Virus record (IMG/VR): IMGVR_UViG_3300024259_001623
Length of the DNA stretch: 64,000 bases
Reading direction: 5' to 3' (one strand)
DNA from: a virus
Lineage: Duplodnaviria; Caudoviricetes
Part shown: positions 46,735-57,030 of the stretch, in pieces
How the letters are laid out: each line of letters begins with the position of its first letter
Numbering within the stretch: the stretch's first letter is position 1
Made by a program: the position numbers and the translations under genes
Notes under the pieces: generated by a model
Told to the model about the DNA's origin: nothing
Databases searched by the model: none
Seen by the model: only the letters and a program-made list of their open reading frames with translations

Positions 46735-47643
46735 TTACTGGTCATCTAGTAATGACTCTAAACTTTCCATAACATTTTTGTTTTCCTCTGTTTCGGCTTT
46801 TTCTTCTTCTGGCGTTTTTCTTTCTTTTCTTTTAACTTCAGACAAAACTTCTAATTTGAAACAACGGATTTTGCCTTTCCCAACGATAGCCCCGATATCT
46901 TCTATGTTGATTTTGACTTTAAATAGTTTTCCTAATCCATGATAATTCAAAGCCCCTTTTCTTGACCAAGCACTCAAACCATGACCATCCACAGCATCTA
47001 AATCACAATTACAATTAGATTCATAAACCCCATCTACCTCATATTTATAATGGAAGTTAAATATAGAATAACCATCTGCTCTGACGCTTTTATAAGCTAT
47101 AATATATTTATCATGAAATATATCATAATCAGTATTGTTTTGGATATATTTTAATTTGAATTCTGTAGAAGCATTAAGCCAATTGCCCTTTTTACAACGA
47201 CTGTCTGGATGATCTAGATAATGATCCAAAAAATTATCTTTAAGAAAACCACTAGAAATTTCTCGGAAAGCTTTTTGATATTTTATAACCCAAGGCCAAT
47301 AAAGGTCTTGGAATTTGTCCATTAGAAACTCTTTACTTAATTGATGATACAAAGTAACTACAGAACATAATCCTTTATGGACAATCACATTCCAAATCTC
47401 TTTAATGAAATCTTCATTTAGATTTTGGAACACAACTATACGCTCGAAATCACATTCTGTATAGAAATCTCTTATAAATTTCTCACTGACTTTTTGATAC
47501 CTAAAGATTACATTCCAATCTTCTTTGTCAAGTTCTATTACGTTATCTCTAATAAACCTTTCGTTAACAGTCCCATTTCGTATTGCCAGCTTCACATCTC
47601 TCATTTTAGGGGCGCATCCATCAAATGCTGTCTTATCAAACAC
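46735..47643 (-). CDS. protein with 'YQKxSExFI' tryptophan repeats and DUF7666-like C-domain
   Basis: repeated W..I..YQ.LSE.FI units; AYK.VR.D..S..N..Y.Y..G, GLSAW, GKIRC. Confidence 0.6.
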   Translation of the reverse strand: MFDKTAFDGCAPKMRDVKLAIRNGTVNERFIRDNVIELDKEDWNVIFRYQKVSEKFIRDFYTECDFERIVVFQNLNEDFIKEIWNVIVHKGLCSVVTLYHQLSKEFLMDKFQDLYWPWVIKYQKAFREISSGFLKDNFLDHYLDHPDSRCKKGNWLNASTEFKLKYIQNNTDYDIFHDKYIIAYKSVRADGYSIFNFHYKYEVDGVYESNCNCDLDAVDGHGLSAWSRKGALNYHGLGKLFKVKINIEDIGAIVGKGKIRCFKLEVLSEVKRKERKTPEEEKAETEENKNVMESLESLLDDQ

Positions 47644-47645
47644 TA

Positions 47646-48386
47646 TTATGTTCTCCTATTTCCACAGAATTCTCGCTCTGCTGAACTGGTAACATAATCG
47701 ATACCAGTCTCAGTATGTTTAAACGCGACATAGCCACCTGATTTGCCATATCTATTCTTATCTATTTCTAACACAAAAAATCCAGGTAATGCTGGGCCTT
47801 TCTTACATTTCTCATGTGGATACATTTTGGCCTTAATATCAGCAAGATATTCAACATCGTTATTACCTTTGACATCATTTTTCTTATTTAGATGAGCAAT
47901 AAAAATAACATGGCATCCTACATCAGAGATTGCCTTTCTGTATTTCTCCATAATACCTCTAATCAGATAAGGATTAGAGAACCCGTCAATCATATTAATG
48001 GAGTCAACCACCACTACTGCTGGTTGAACGTCTTTAATAATCTTTATTTGATTTTCTAAAGCGTGAGCATTACTAACAAAATATTTTTTAGGATAGACAA
48101 CTGGTTTTTTGATCCAACCTGCGAATTCAGAGGGAGTAACCTCATTTTGGAAAATACAAACTTTATGTCCTTCTCTATTAACAGATAGCGATATTTCTAT
48201 TGCTATTCTTGTCTTGCCTACTCCACCTTTACCAGCCCATATACTAATCTTTCCTTTAGGTAATCCAAAACTTTCTATTCCGTTTATAACTGATTTACCA
48301 TAAATTTGATCCAGATAAGGAAATCCAGTTTTATATCTTTTAATAGGCTCACTTTTTATTTCATCGAACGAAAACACTTTATCCAC
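47646..48386 (-). CDS. RadA/Sms-like RecA-family ATPase (truncated architecture)
   Basis: TGF..LD.I.G, GKGGVGKT, VVVVDSIN, IFIAH.NK, EYLAD, KNRYG; no Zn finger or Lon-like domain. Confidence 0.8.
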   Translation of the reverse strand: MDKVFSFDEIKSEPIKRYKTGFPYLDQIYGKSVINGIESFGLPKGKISIWAGKGGVGKTRIAIEISLSVNREGHKVCIFQNEVTPSEFAGWIKKPVVYPKKYFVSNAHALENQIKIIKDVQPAVVVVDSINMIDGFSNPYLIRGIMEKYRKAISDVGCHVIFIAHLNKKNDVKGNNDVEYLADIKAKMYPHEKCKKGPALPGFFVLEIDKNRYGKSGGYVAFKHTETGIDYVTSSAEREFCGNRRT

Positions 48387-48412
48387 GATACCTCCTAATG
48401 ATCACTAATTTG

Positions 48413-49021
48413 TTAAGATTGCGCAGGGACTTTTTTAATCTTTTTAAATTCATTAATAGGTCTTATACTCATATAAGAGCCTGCCCCGGTTCTCAACATA
48501 AAATCAGGCAAATCATCAGATGATTTAAATATGTCGATACACATTTCCAATTCTCTTAGTTTTTCTCCATAAGGATCAAAACCAGTTAATCTTTGCAATA
48601 TATAAGCATTTTGAATAATACGACCATTTACATCTTTAGCACAAAGAGAGTTCTTAGGAACTTTGTTCTTAAACAAGTCCCATGAGTCTCTTTTTGTCTT
48701 CTTGTCTGTTTGGGCGCTCATTATTCTGCGCATTTCTTTCTTTATCTCAAGAAAAGAATGACGTTTATTAATGCCTAAATTGATGAGAGCCTGGATGAAG
48801 GCGTAATAGATTCCGCCTTGCCGATAGGGGTTAGGGGTATTTCCAGATTTAATTTGAGCCTGGAGCCTTGTGAGCTTTTGAGGGGAATTGTGGTACTTCC
48901 TTGGAATCCGATAATTGCCTCTATTTGTTTTTATGATCTTGGAACGTTGTGAGATGGGAAGATCAGCCTCTTTTTTAATCTTTAAATAATCGTCAAAATT
49001 ACGTGATCCTTCGACATGCAT
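48413..49021 (-). CDS. basic hypothetical protein
   Basis: 202 aa, GGAG RBS. Confidence 0.65.
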   Translation of the reverse strand: MHVEGSRNFDDYLKIKKEADLPISQRSKIIKTNRGNYRIPRKYHNSPQKLTRLQAQIKSGNTPNPYRQGGIYYAFIQALINLGINKRHSFLEIKKEMRRIMSAQTDKKTKRDSWDLFKNKVPKNSLCAKDVNGRIIQNAYILQRLTGFDPYGEKLRELEMCIDIFKSSDDLPDFMLRTGAGSYMSIRPINEFKKIKKVPAQS

Positions 49022-49627
49022 ATTTCACTCCTTAACTAATGAACTAATTTCGTCTTACTACTTAATTATACATCAAAAACAAAAAAATGCAATAATCGGA
49101 AAATTCATAATATTATTACAGTTAATTGTTTATATAATGCGACTTCTGAAACATTTCAAAAATTAAATAAATGCAAAAATAAAAATGTGAGCCTCTTTTA
49201 GAGTTCTTATGGTTTCTAAAAGAGGCTCTTTTCTAAATTATTTTTCAACATTCATTTAATTTACAACATTATAGTTTCACATAACATATACTTCCATTTT
49301 GTACGAGGAGTTCTTTATCTTACATTTCAACGCCTCGATTTATTTTTTTGATACTTGTTTAATATATTCTAGCAAGTATTAAAATACGTCCATTCTTTAA
49401 TTTCTAAATTTACAACCCATAATTATTCTCTCTAATAGTAAGTTTTTATATAACCTACCTAAAAGGTTCTTATCCTTTTATTGTATATAAAAACTCAAAT
49501 AAACCTTTTTAATATACTTTTTAGCGTTGTCACGGAGGATGACTGTTTATAAGCATTTTATTATTTTCCTTAATTATCATAACCTTAAAAATTTCTCGCT
49601 CCCAGTCAGGGAGATTTTTAAAAGATA

Positions 49628-49745
49628 GAAAAGGCATGTCGGGAGTCGCTTTCAACAGGTTTCGACCCTCGGCGAGTTCCCAACCTTCCGCCATAGCTTC
49701 ATTAAAGTATGACTTTCTTTATTGCTAAATCGAAAGTGCCTTTTC
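49628..49745. ncRNA. candidate 118-nt structured RNA
   Basis: GAAAAGGCA/TGCCTTTTC terminal repeat; inner GGGA/TCCC, TCGC/GCGA, AGG(G)T/ACCT stems. Confidence 0.4.
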
Positions 49746-49747
49746 AT

Positions 49748-50236
49748 TCACTTTTGAGCTATAAATCTTTCTTGACTATATCTGACTTTATTCCACCCCA
49801 ACCGATCAAATAATTCTTTTTGCAATGCTAGAGAAGATTCTTTATCAGGAGCCTCACTATCCTTAGCTGCATACAACTCAACCATGATCTGACAATGGAA
49901 CCTGGCAATTCTTTTTATCTCATCAATAACATTTTCACGTTCTTTCTTGTTCAAAAACATGAAAATATAATTAGCAACAATGACATCGACAGACTTATCT
50001 GGAAGAGGGATTCTATCTTTCCCTAAGACTATTTTCTCTCCAAAATCATCTACCATATCAATAGGAACTACATCAAAACCATGTTCCCTCAGAAATACAG
50101 TATTTCTGCCATTGCCGCAGCCAATATCAACTGCTTGCTTGCCTTCAAAAAGCTTACAATGCTTTTTAAGATAAGGAGTTGCTTCTTTTCGTCCACATCT
50201 TACACAATATTTGTCGTTAATATATTTCTTCGGCAA
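49748..50236 (-). CDS. class I SAM-dependent methyltransferase
   Basis: AVDIGCGNGRN, D, VDVIVANY..MFL. Confidence 0.85.
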   Translation of the reverse strand: MPKKYINDKYCVRCGRKEATPYLKKHCKLFEGKQAVDIGCGNGRNTVFLREHGFDVVPIDMVDDFGEKIVLGKDRIPLPDKSVDVIVANYIFMFLNKKERENVIDEIKRIARFHCQIMVELYAAKDSEAPDKESSLALQKELFDRLGWNKVRYSQERFIAQK

Positions 50237-50551
50237 AATTATTTCCTCTTATAAAACTTCCTGCATACTATATTTTTCTATTTCAACATCATGAAGAATT
50301 TCTACAAATTGATCAAATTTCGCAATAGCATTGTTCTTTGCTTCTTCTTCAGTTTGACCCAGAGCAGAAAGATGTATTCTATTAAAATTGATAAACTCAC
50401 CAGGATTTACATCAACAACTACAGCACAACTATAGCCGTCAACTTTTTCATTTTTTTCTGTAATATACACAGTCTTTTCTGTACGATAAACAGCTTTAAT
50501 TTTCATTTGTAATCTCCTTAATTGTTTTATTACTATAAATTAGCAATATTT

Positions 50552-51190
50552 TTATTTTTGCCGGTAAAAAACTACACTTCCCATGTCAGTATAATCTTTC
50601 CCCGTTCCATGATATCCATAAGACTTATTATCATGCAATTTCCAACCACACTGTAAAGCAAATTTGAATTGCTCATGCCTATACAAATAATGAACCATCT
50701 CATTCTGAGAACAACGCCTACCTCTGTTCTTTAATATACAATTACTAATAAGCATTATATCATCAAAACTAGACAATAATGCCATGATCTTTGCAACTTC
50801 GACTGTTCCAGCTTTAGGCATCTGTAATAAATCACAATTTACTATGGCAGGATTCAATTTACCATTATTACCCAATTCTATTAATGTCTTATATAAGTCA
50901 CCAAAATACCAGCTTGCATCAGGGATAGCCTCTCGATTTTCCCGAATTATTTCTTCATCATAATCAATGCCGACAAACTGATCAATTGTAATTAATTTGG
51001 CTTCCAATAATTGATGTAATTCACTACCTTTTAATAGTTTCTTATTGTCGTCGTGATGAGTAGCACATAATGTAATGTATTGTTTCTCTTTTGGGATTGA
51101 TTGTCCAAAATGTTGTCTGTATGGTAAGATAATTGTTTCTTGTCTGGCTTTATGCTTCTTGGGACAAGATTCGTATGTTTTTGTAGACAT
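50552..51190 (-). CDS. hypothetical protein, possibly methyltransferase-like fold
   Basis: VGIDYD, YFGDL, IVNCD pattern. Confidence 0.5.
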   Translation of the reverse strand: MSTKTYESCPKKHKARQETIILPYRQHFGQSIPKEKQYITLCATHHDDNKKLLKGSELHQLLEAKLITIDQFVGIDYDEEIIRENREAIPDASWYFGDLYKTLIELGNNGKLNPAIVNCDLLQMPKAGTVEVAKIMALLSSFDDIMLISNCILKNRGRRCSQNEMVHYLYRHEQFKFALQCGWKLHDNKSYGYHGTGKDYTDMGSVVFYRQK

Positions 51191-54100
51191 TATTTTTCTT
51201 TTCCTAAGAAATCATACCAATCAATCCAACCTTTATTTTTATAAGCCGAATCCGGACGAACAGGCAAATTTATTGGTTTTTCTTTTTTATACCATTCTAT
51301 GTATTCTATTTTACTTTTAAGACCTAATTTTCTTACATATTTTCTAGCTTCTTCAAAAGAAAGAAAATTTCTACCTTTGCCTCTTTTACCAGTTCCTAAG
51401 AAATCACTCCAACTAGTCCATCCTTTATTTTTATAATAGCCATAAGGATCTCCAGGAATATGATTAGGTCTTTTACCAGATTTACTCCACTCTCGATATT
51501 CTTTTTGAATTTTGAAATTAAATGGTTTTATATATTCTTTGGTTTCTTCAATAGAACAAATGATAATTTTCTCAAACCAATCTAGTCGTATCTCTTTTAA
51601 TTCCTCTCTAAATTCAGTATCATAACAACCATGACTTGTACCAATATAACTTCTTAAACGCATACCTAATTTAGTTTTTTTAGGAGGTTTTGCTCCACCT
51701 GATCTCGCTATATTTAATAGCTTTTTTTTATTTTCTTCAGAATTATCTTTTTTAATAAACCAATCTGGTCTTATTCTTTCTAATTCCTCCCTAAATTCAG
51801 TATCATAAGAAGAACTACTATAAGCTACATAAGAACTTAAACAACTACCTAATTTAGTTTTTCTAGAAGGTTTTCCCCCTCTACTTCTAGCTATCTTCAA
51901 AATCTCTTCTTTATTATCTTTAACGGTATCTTGAAACCAATCAGGTCTTATTTTTTCTATTTTTGCTTTAAATTCAGTATCATAACAAGAATTATTAGAA
52001 TTTGTATAACGACATAGACAACTACCTATATCAATTTCATACTTTGGTTTTTCCAGTCCCAATCTTGCTATATTTAATAACTTTTCTTTATTCTCTTTAA
52101 CTATGTCTTGTGGAGTTATAAACCAATCTGGTCTTATTTTTTCTAATTCTTTTTTGAATTCAAGATCATAAGAAGAAGTAGGATTAATATAATTTTTTAA
52201 GCATTGACCTAACTTAGTTTTGCGAGAAAGTTTATCTCCTCCTGTCCTAGCTATATTCAAAATCTCTTTTTTATTGTCTCTAGCAATATCATAATGAGTT
52301 ATAAACCAATCAGGTCTTATTTTTTTTAACTCCGTTCTAAATTTAAAATCATAACTACTGCTAAAATAAATATAACTTCTTAAAGCTCGACCTAACTTAG
52401 TTTTTTGAGAAGGTTTATTACCACCACTTTTAGCTATCTTTAAAATCTCTTCTTTATTCTCATCTATTGACTTTTGATAGGCTTCCCTCAATCCCTTAAA
52501 AGTCTTAACATCACTTTCACCAGAAGTATAATACTGAACAAAACCAAACAACTTAGCTTCCATAATGGAATAATCAATATCACTAACATCAATACCTTCC
52601 AATGATAATGACTTACGAATAAACCTACGCCGAATCTGTTCAGCTATTGCTTTATGATTATCTTCTACACCACGATTCTTCAACACCCGACTAACAATCT
52701 CTTCAAATTTCTTTTCAGAAATCTCACCATCATCACTAATGATTCTCATGCAATCGTCATAAACTGAAGAATAGACCGCTGTTCTATCATTTTCATCTGG
52801 TAAAGCATTAGCAAAATAATCAAATTCCTCTTCTTTCTCTTTTGCCTTACCTTTCTTCTTTTCCGCCGGAACTTTTATCCTAACAGGCTTAAACACATCT
52901 TCCATAATCATTGTCAAGAAGATAGCCTTCATGTAATCATTAAGATTATCGCAGAATTTCTCATTGTTCACCTGATCTAAAGCATAAGGCAACAGTTGAT
53001 AAACAGATACATGAGATTTTCCTTCAGCATCTCGGAATAATCGTCCCATTGTTTGTATAAGATCGGAAAGGGAATTACGAGGGCCGATAATGATCTCACG
53101 ATCCGCCCAGCGCCAATTAGCACCTTCCTTGAACATATTCAGCGTTATAATAACATCGACGCTCTCAGACGTTTTTGCGTCATGAGCATCTATAATAGCC
53201 TGCTTCTTAGATTCTCTATTCGTTTCAGTTACTAAATCAATAACTTTGATCCATTCCTTATCACGCTTAACCAGCATGATAGGCTTATCTTTATCTTTAA
53301 TAACTGGTTTATCTGTACCTGCAATACCTTTTATGATTTCTTCTACATCTATATACTTTGTTTCTAAAGAGTAGCTACCATTGACTGATGGCACATAAAC
53401 AATAGTCTTGCCTACTTCTTCATCAAATAATTCTTTAATTGATTCTTTATAATTTTGATTGTACAGAATAAAGTCATAGGAGTAACTTCTGAGGTATTTG
53501 CATGTTTTAAGGTATTTATCGAAAGGATAATTGAACCTATCGAATTGAGCTTTATATTCTTCGGGGATAATAGAATTTTTATCGCCGCGAAAAAAAGTTG
53601 CTGTTGTTAATTCGACCTGTATATTGTTCTTAGGATTGTCAAAAGAATATTTAACAACTGATCCAATACCATTTGATACTTCTACATCTTCTACTACATT
53701 ATGCTTAACATGATGAGCCTCATCAACAACAATAATTACATCTTTGAATAACTTCTTATTCTTCTTAAAAGCATAAACCAGCGTTTGATGAGAACAAACT
53801 AAGATACGGTCCTGAACCATGCTTTTTGAATTCGGACCTTTCAAGAATCCTAATAATTCATCTGTAGTCTGGTTTGATGCTTCTTTACAAAGATCATGTT
53901 GAGGGAACCAATCAACCTTCTCTGTATCAGAGAATTGTATTTTATTTTTCCTAAACCCCTCAGCGATGATAGTTTGAGGGACTGCAATGATGGCTCTTAG
54001 GTTAGGATTGTTTTCAAGCTTTTTATAATCTAGGCAGCAAATCATAAAAGACTTGCCTGAACCCATAGGAGCATTTATTATCCAATGATGAGAATCTTTC

Positions 54101-54216
54101 AATTCATCATAACATTCTTGTTGCCATTCCCTCATTTGATAATAACCATCTACGATGGTAGGAGGACAGTCAACCGGCGTCCACTTATTATTAAAAGCAT
54201 TTTTCTTATTAAGCAT
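51190..54216 (-). CDS. superfamily II (DEAH-like) helicase with C-terminal repeat arrays
   Basis: APMGSGKS, VVDEAHH, TAT, FKEG.NW, QT.GRL.R; five ~60-aa repeats ending IRPDWF; two integrase-repeat-like units (P..Y.NKGW..W.DFLG). Confidence 0.85.
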   Translation of the reverse strand: MLNKKNAFNNKWTPVDCPPTIVDGYYQMREWQQECYDELKDSHHWIINAPMGSGKSFMICCLDYKKLENNPNLRAIIAVPQTIIAEGFRKNKIQFSDTEKVDWFPQHDLCKEASNQTTDELLGFLKGPNSKSMVQDRILVCSHQTLVYAFKKNKKLFKDVIIVVDEAHHVKHNVVEDVEVSNGIGSVVKYSFDNPKNNIQVELTTATFFRGDKNSIIPEEYKAQFDRFNYPFDKYLKTCKYLRSYSYDFILYNQNYKESIKELFDEEVGKTIVYVPSVNGSYSLETKYIDVEEIIKGIAGTDKPVIKDKDKPIMLVKRDKEWIKVIDLVTETNRESKKQAIIDAHDAKTSESVDVIITLNMFKEGANWRWADREIIIGPRNSLSDLIQTMGRLFRDAEGKSHVSVYQLLPYALDQVNNEKFCDNLNDYMKAIFLTMIMEDVFKPVRIKVPAEKKKGKAKEKEEEFDYFANALPDENDRTAVYSSVYDDCMRIISDDGEISEKKFEEIVSRVLKNRGVEDNHKAIAEQIRRRFIRKSLSLEGIDVSDIDYSIMEAKLFGFVQYYTSGESDVKTFKGLREAYQKSIDENKEEILKIAKSGGNKPSQKTKLGRALRSYIYFSSSYDFKFRTELKKIRPDWFITHYDIARDNKKEILNIARTGGDKLSRKTKLGQCLKNYINPTSSYDLEFKKELEKIRPDWFITPQDIVKENKEKLLNIARLGLEKPKYEIDIGSCLCRYTNSNNSCYDTEFKAKIEKIRPDWFQDTVKDNKEEILKIARSRGGKPSRKTKLGSCLSSYVAYSSSSYDTEFREELERIRPDWFIKKDNSEENKKKLLNIARSGGAKPPKKTKLGMRLRSYIGTSHGCYDTEFREELKEIRLDWFEKIIICSIEETKEYIKPFNFKIQKEYREWSKSGKRPNHIPGDPYGYYKNKGWTSWSDFLGTGKRGKGRNFLSFEEARKYVRKLGLKSKIEYIEWYKKEKPINLPVRPDSAYKNKGWIDWYDFLGKEK

Positions 54217-54226
54217 ATAAACCTTT

Positions 54227-54721
54227 CTATTCCAGAGAATAAATCGTTACGTCAAAATCTTCCCAAATTTCTTCAATTAAAATCTTAAGGAATTCGAAAT
54301 CCCCGCCAGCCAACCCGCTTCCAAAGGCAGGTGCATGAATCTCAGCCTTGAGAATCTTAGTAACTTCAGCTACATCTTTCATACATTCTACTAACGCAGC
54401 ATATCTAATGGGAGGACGACCATTCAAACCCCAACCCACTCCTTCCTGACCAATCATATTAGCAACAAAAATCTTCTCAGTACAATCAACAAATTGAACT
54501 TTACCTAATTCAAATGGAATACTATCATCATACCAGATAGAATCTGATTCTCCTTTTTTGTACCATTCTCTGTAACTTCTTTCTGCTACAGGATATGTAT
54601 GACCGAGAGGGACTACAAAACCCGCTCCCCAACCGCCGATTGAGTTTACGATGTGTGGAACCATTATAACTTTATCATCAGGTAATGCTTCAAACAAATC
54701 GCCTACAACGTACTTAATCAT
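54227..54721 (-). CDS. macrodomain protein (Poa1p/T4 Tk.4-like ADP-ribose hydrolase)
   Basis: GDLF, H.VN..GGWGAGF, ANMIGQ, IRY.AL, P.FGSGLAGG. Confidence 0.85.
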   Translation of the reverse strand: MIKYVVGDLFEALPDDKVIMVPHIVNSIGGWGAGFVVPLGHTYPVAERSYREWYKKGESDSIWYDDSIPFELGKVQFVDCTEKIFVANMIGQEGVGWGLNGRPPIRYAALVECMKDVAEVTKILKAEIHAPAFGSGLAGGDFEFLKILIEEIWEDFDVTIYSLE

Positions 54722-55239
54722 TTCTTTTCCTTTATTGTTTTTGTTATTTCCCCAGGTTCAGTATCGCGCAATTCGATATTCTTAATAACAGTTCCCTTTG
54801 GAACATAAATGTCATACTTTGTAGCCCTTCTAACTCTGCTGTTGATATCGAAAGGTGCAACCCAACCAGAAGTCTTTTTAATACCAGAAGACCATTCCAC
54901 TCTTGGAATGACATCTTCATCTGTTTCAATGATATTAGCTTCTTTAGCTAGGCACTTAAACATTTCTTTCACAGGTCGACCAGAATAGTAAACGACAAGC
55001 TCATCATCTGCCAAACCTATTACAAAAGAATCTTTTTCTATGCTTTCGATTTTACAAGAATATTTTTCCAACTCGCAAAAATCTGAACCATCCAGACTAT
55101 TAACGACAACAACACAAAATACTCCTGCAAGTATAATTCCAATAACTATACCCATAAAAGCGGCGCACGGCAGGCCTTCAGCACAATAAGATGCAACAAC
55201 AACAACGACCCACAACATCAGCAATAATATAAAAGCCAT
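54718..55239 (-). CDS. membrane-anchored hypothetical protein
   Basis: two N-terminal TM helices; Y.IYVPKGTV tail. Confidence 0.6.
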   Translation of the reverse strand: MAFILLLMLWVVVVVASYCAEGLPCAAFMGIVIGIILAGVFCVVVVNSLDGSDFCELEKYSCKIESIEKDSFVIGLADDELVVYYSGRPVKEMFKCLAKEANIIETDEDVIPRVEWSSGIKKTSGWVAPFDINSRVRRATKYDIYVPKGTVIKNIELRDTEPGEITKTIKEKK

Positions 55240-55257
55240 TCTAAAATCCTTTCTTTG

Positions 55258-55956
55258 TTATACGAAATGTAGTACTTTCTTATATATAGGAGGCGAATTA
55301 GAATCTGTCGCACCATACCAATCTCTGACCTCAACCTCAATTTTATCCACTTGTTCTTGGAAATCATCCTTATTCAGGAAAACTTTCATAAACACGGCGT
55401 CGTATTGATTTCCTGCTGCAACAAAGTCTTTTTTGTAGACAGTAACAGGGACCAGAACGGGCTTCAACTCATAATTATAATAATATTTTCGATATGAATC
55501 AGATTCTCGTAAAGCTGCTTCTTTATTTGTATAAACATGAATACCTTTACGGATACCTTCAGACCACTCAGCTTTCTCTTCCCAGGATAGTTTTTGCTTT
55601 TTTCTATTAGATTTGACCCATCCGAAACTACCAAAATCTATACCTTTTCTGTAAAGATGTTTGATAGTATATCTAATATTCCTACATCCTTTTTCTGGCA
55701 GGGAAAATTCAACCATATAGATTTTCCACATTGTAGTCTTTCCGCCACGCTCTGTCAAGGTTCGTAGAACCCTTTTAGTTCTTTCTTTATCGATTTTGCA
55801 ACACATATTAAAGCTCCTTAATCGCTTTAAACGTAAAGCCTTCTGGAATATAGAGCCGATGACCGGGAACTTTACTATGAGTCGTAGTTCCCCAAGGAGT
55901 AAACCACCATCCAATAGTTTTATGTCCTTCGTCCCATTCCACTCTAGGGTTTTCAC
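55258..55956 (-). CDS. MC[LC]-GIHV paralog family, copy 12 (true start probably MCCKIDK at 55806)
   Basis: RTKRVLRTL, GIHVYTN, VPVTV, AVFMKVFL. Confidence 0.75.
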   Translation of the reverse strand: MKTLEWNGTKDIKLLDGGLLLGELRLIVKFPVIGSIFQKALRLKRLRSFNMCCKIDKERTKRVLRTLTERGGKTTMWKIYMVEFSLPEKGCRNIRYTIKHLYRKGIDFGSFGWVKSNRKKQKLSWEEKAEWSEGIRKGIHVYTNKEAALRESDSYRKYYYNYELKPVLVPVTVYKKDFVAAGNQYDAVFMKVFLNKDDFQEQVDKIEVEVRDWYGATDSNSPPIYKKVLHFV

Positions 55957-57030
55957 AATCCTTTTCTTCTATAATTTCGACAGTATTAGATTCTAATTCA
56001 TAAAGTTCTTTAATGCCTTCATTACGTTCTACGTAAAAGATAATATGATTTTTCTTTTTGATATTTCTATATACATAGATTAATCACTCGCTCTTATTGA
56101 AGAGAATTTGCTTTATGCCATGCGGGCTTATCCAAGCGATATTCTTTTTACTATCTATTTCCATATCTCTTACATAAGATAATATGCCTTTGTCCATACA
56201 AACGAAAAAACCATTTTCGTTGATATTTGTAGCGAATTTGCGTATTTCATCGAATTTTGCTAAAGTAATGACTGTATCTACTGTGTGTGTTTTCGATGAC
56301 AGAACAATTGAGACTCCTACTTTAATCATTTTTTCTTCCTTATTTCAATAAATGTTATATAATGTGGAGGTATATTGATAACTCTTACACATCTAGAGGA
56401 CATGTCTGGAGATAAAGAATAAGTTCTTTTCATTTGGTCAGAATATTCATTCATAAAAATCCCCTTTTTATTAATCATCTCTATTGGCTTCTCTAAACTA
56501 TGCCAGTCAACATATTCTATAACAGTACTAAATTCGTTTATAAAGTTAGGCTCAAAAGGTTCATTCTTTTTTAGATGTACAATAATTTCAGCTTTTTTTA
56601 TCATTATGACTTTCTCCTTCTACACCGTCCTGTTTTTCCCGGCAGGAGTCAGGGGCGAACTCCCTAAAATAACCAAGAATGTCTTTCCATTCTTTACTTA
56701 TTTTTATTTCGTATGTTTTTATTCTTCTAATTAATGTATAATCATGATCAAATACTAATAATTCTATTTGATCATCCTCTATCTCCAACGTCAAAGACTT
56801 ATACTTCTTATGAAAATGTTTATGCCACTCGAAACAGATACCTCTGTCTCCGTCTAGCATGAAACCAAGCGGGGCAATGACATTATTTTTACGTAATTCT
56901 TTAGTAACTTCAATAGATCTTTTTATATCTTCTTTGGATGGAGGATAAAAATAATCATCTATGTCTTCTAAAGAATCATAAGTTTTCAGCCAAGTCTCGG
57001 CTCTTTCAAATATTTTATCGTATTCCATAT

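Noticed and set aside
47646-48386. Calling the ATPase radA or a DnaB helicase
   Set aside because: It lacks the RadA zinc finger and Lon-like domain and the DnaB N-domain; left as a RecA-family ATPase without a symbol.
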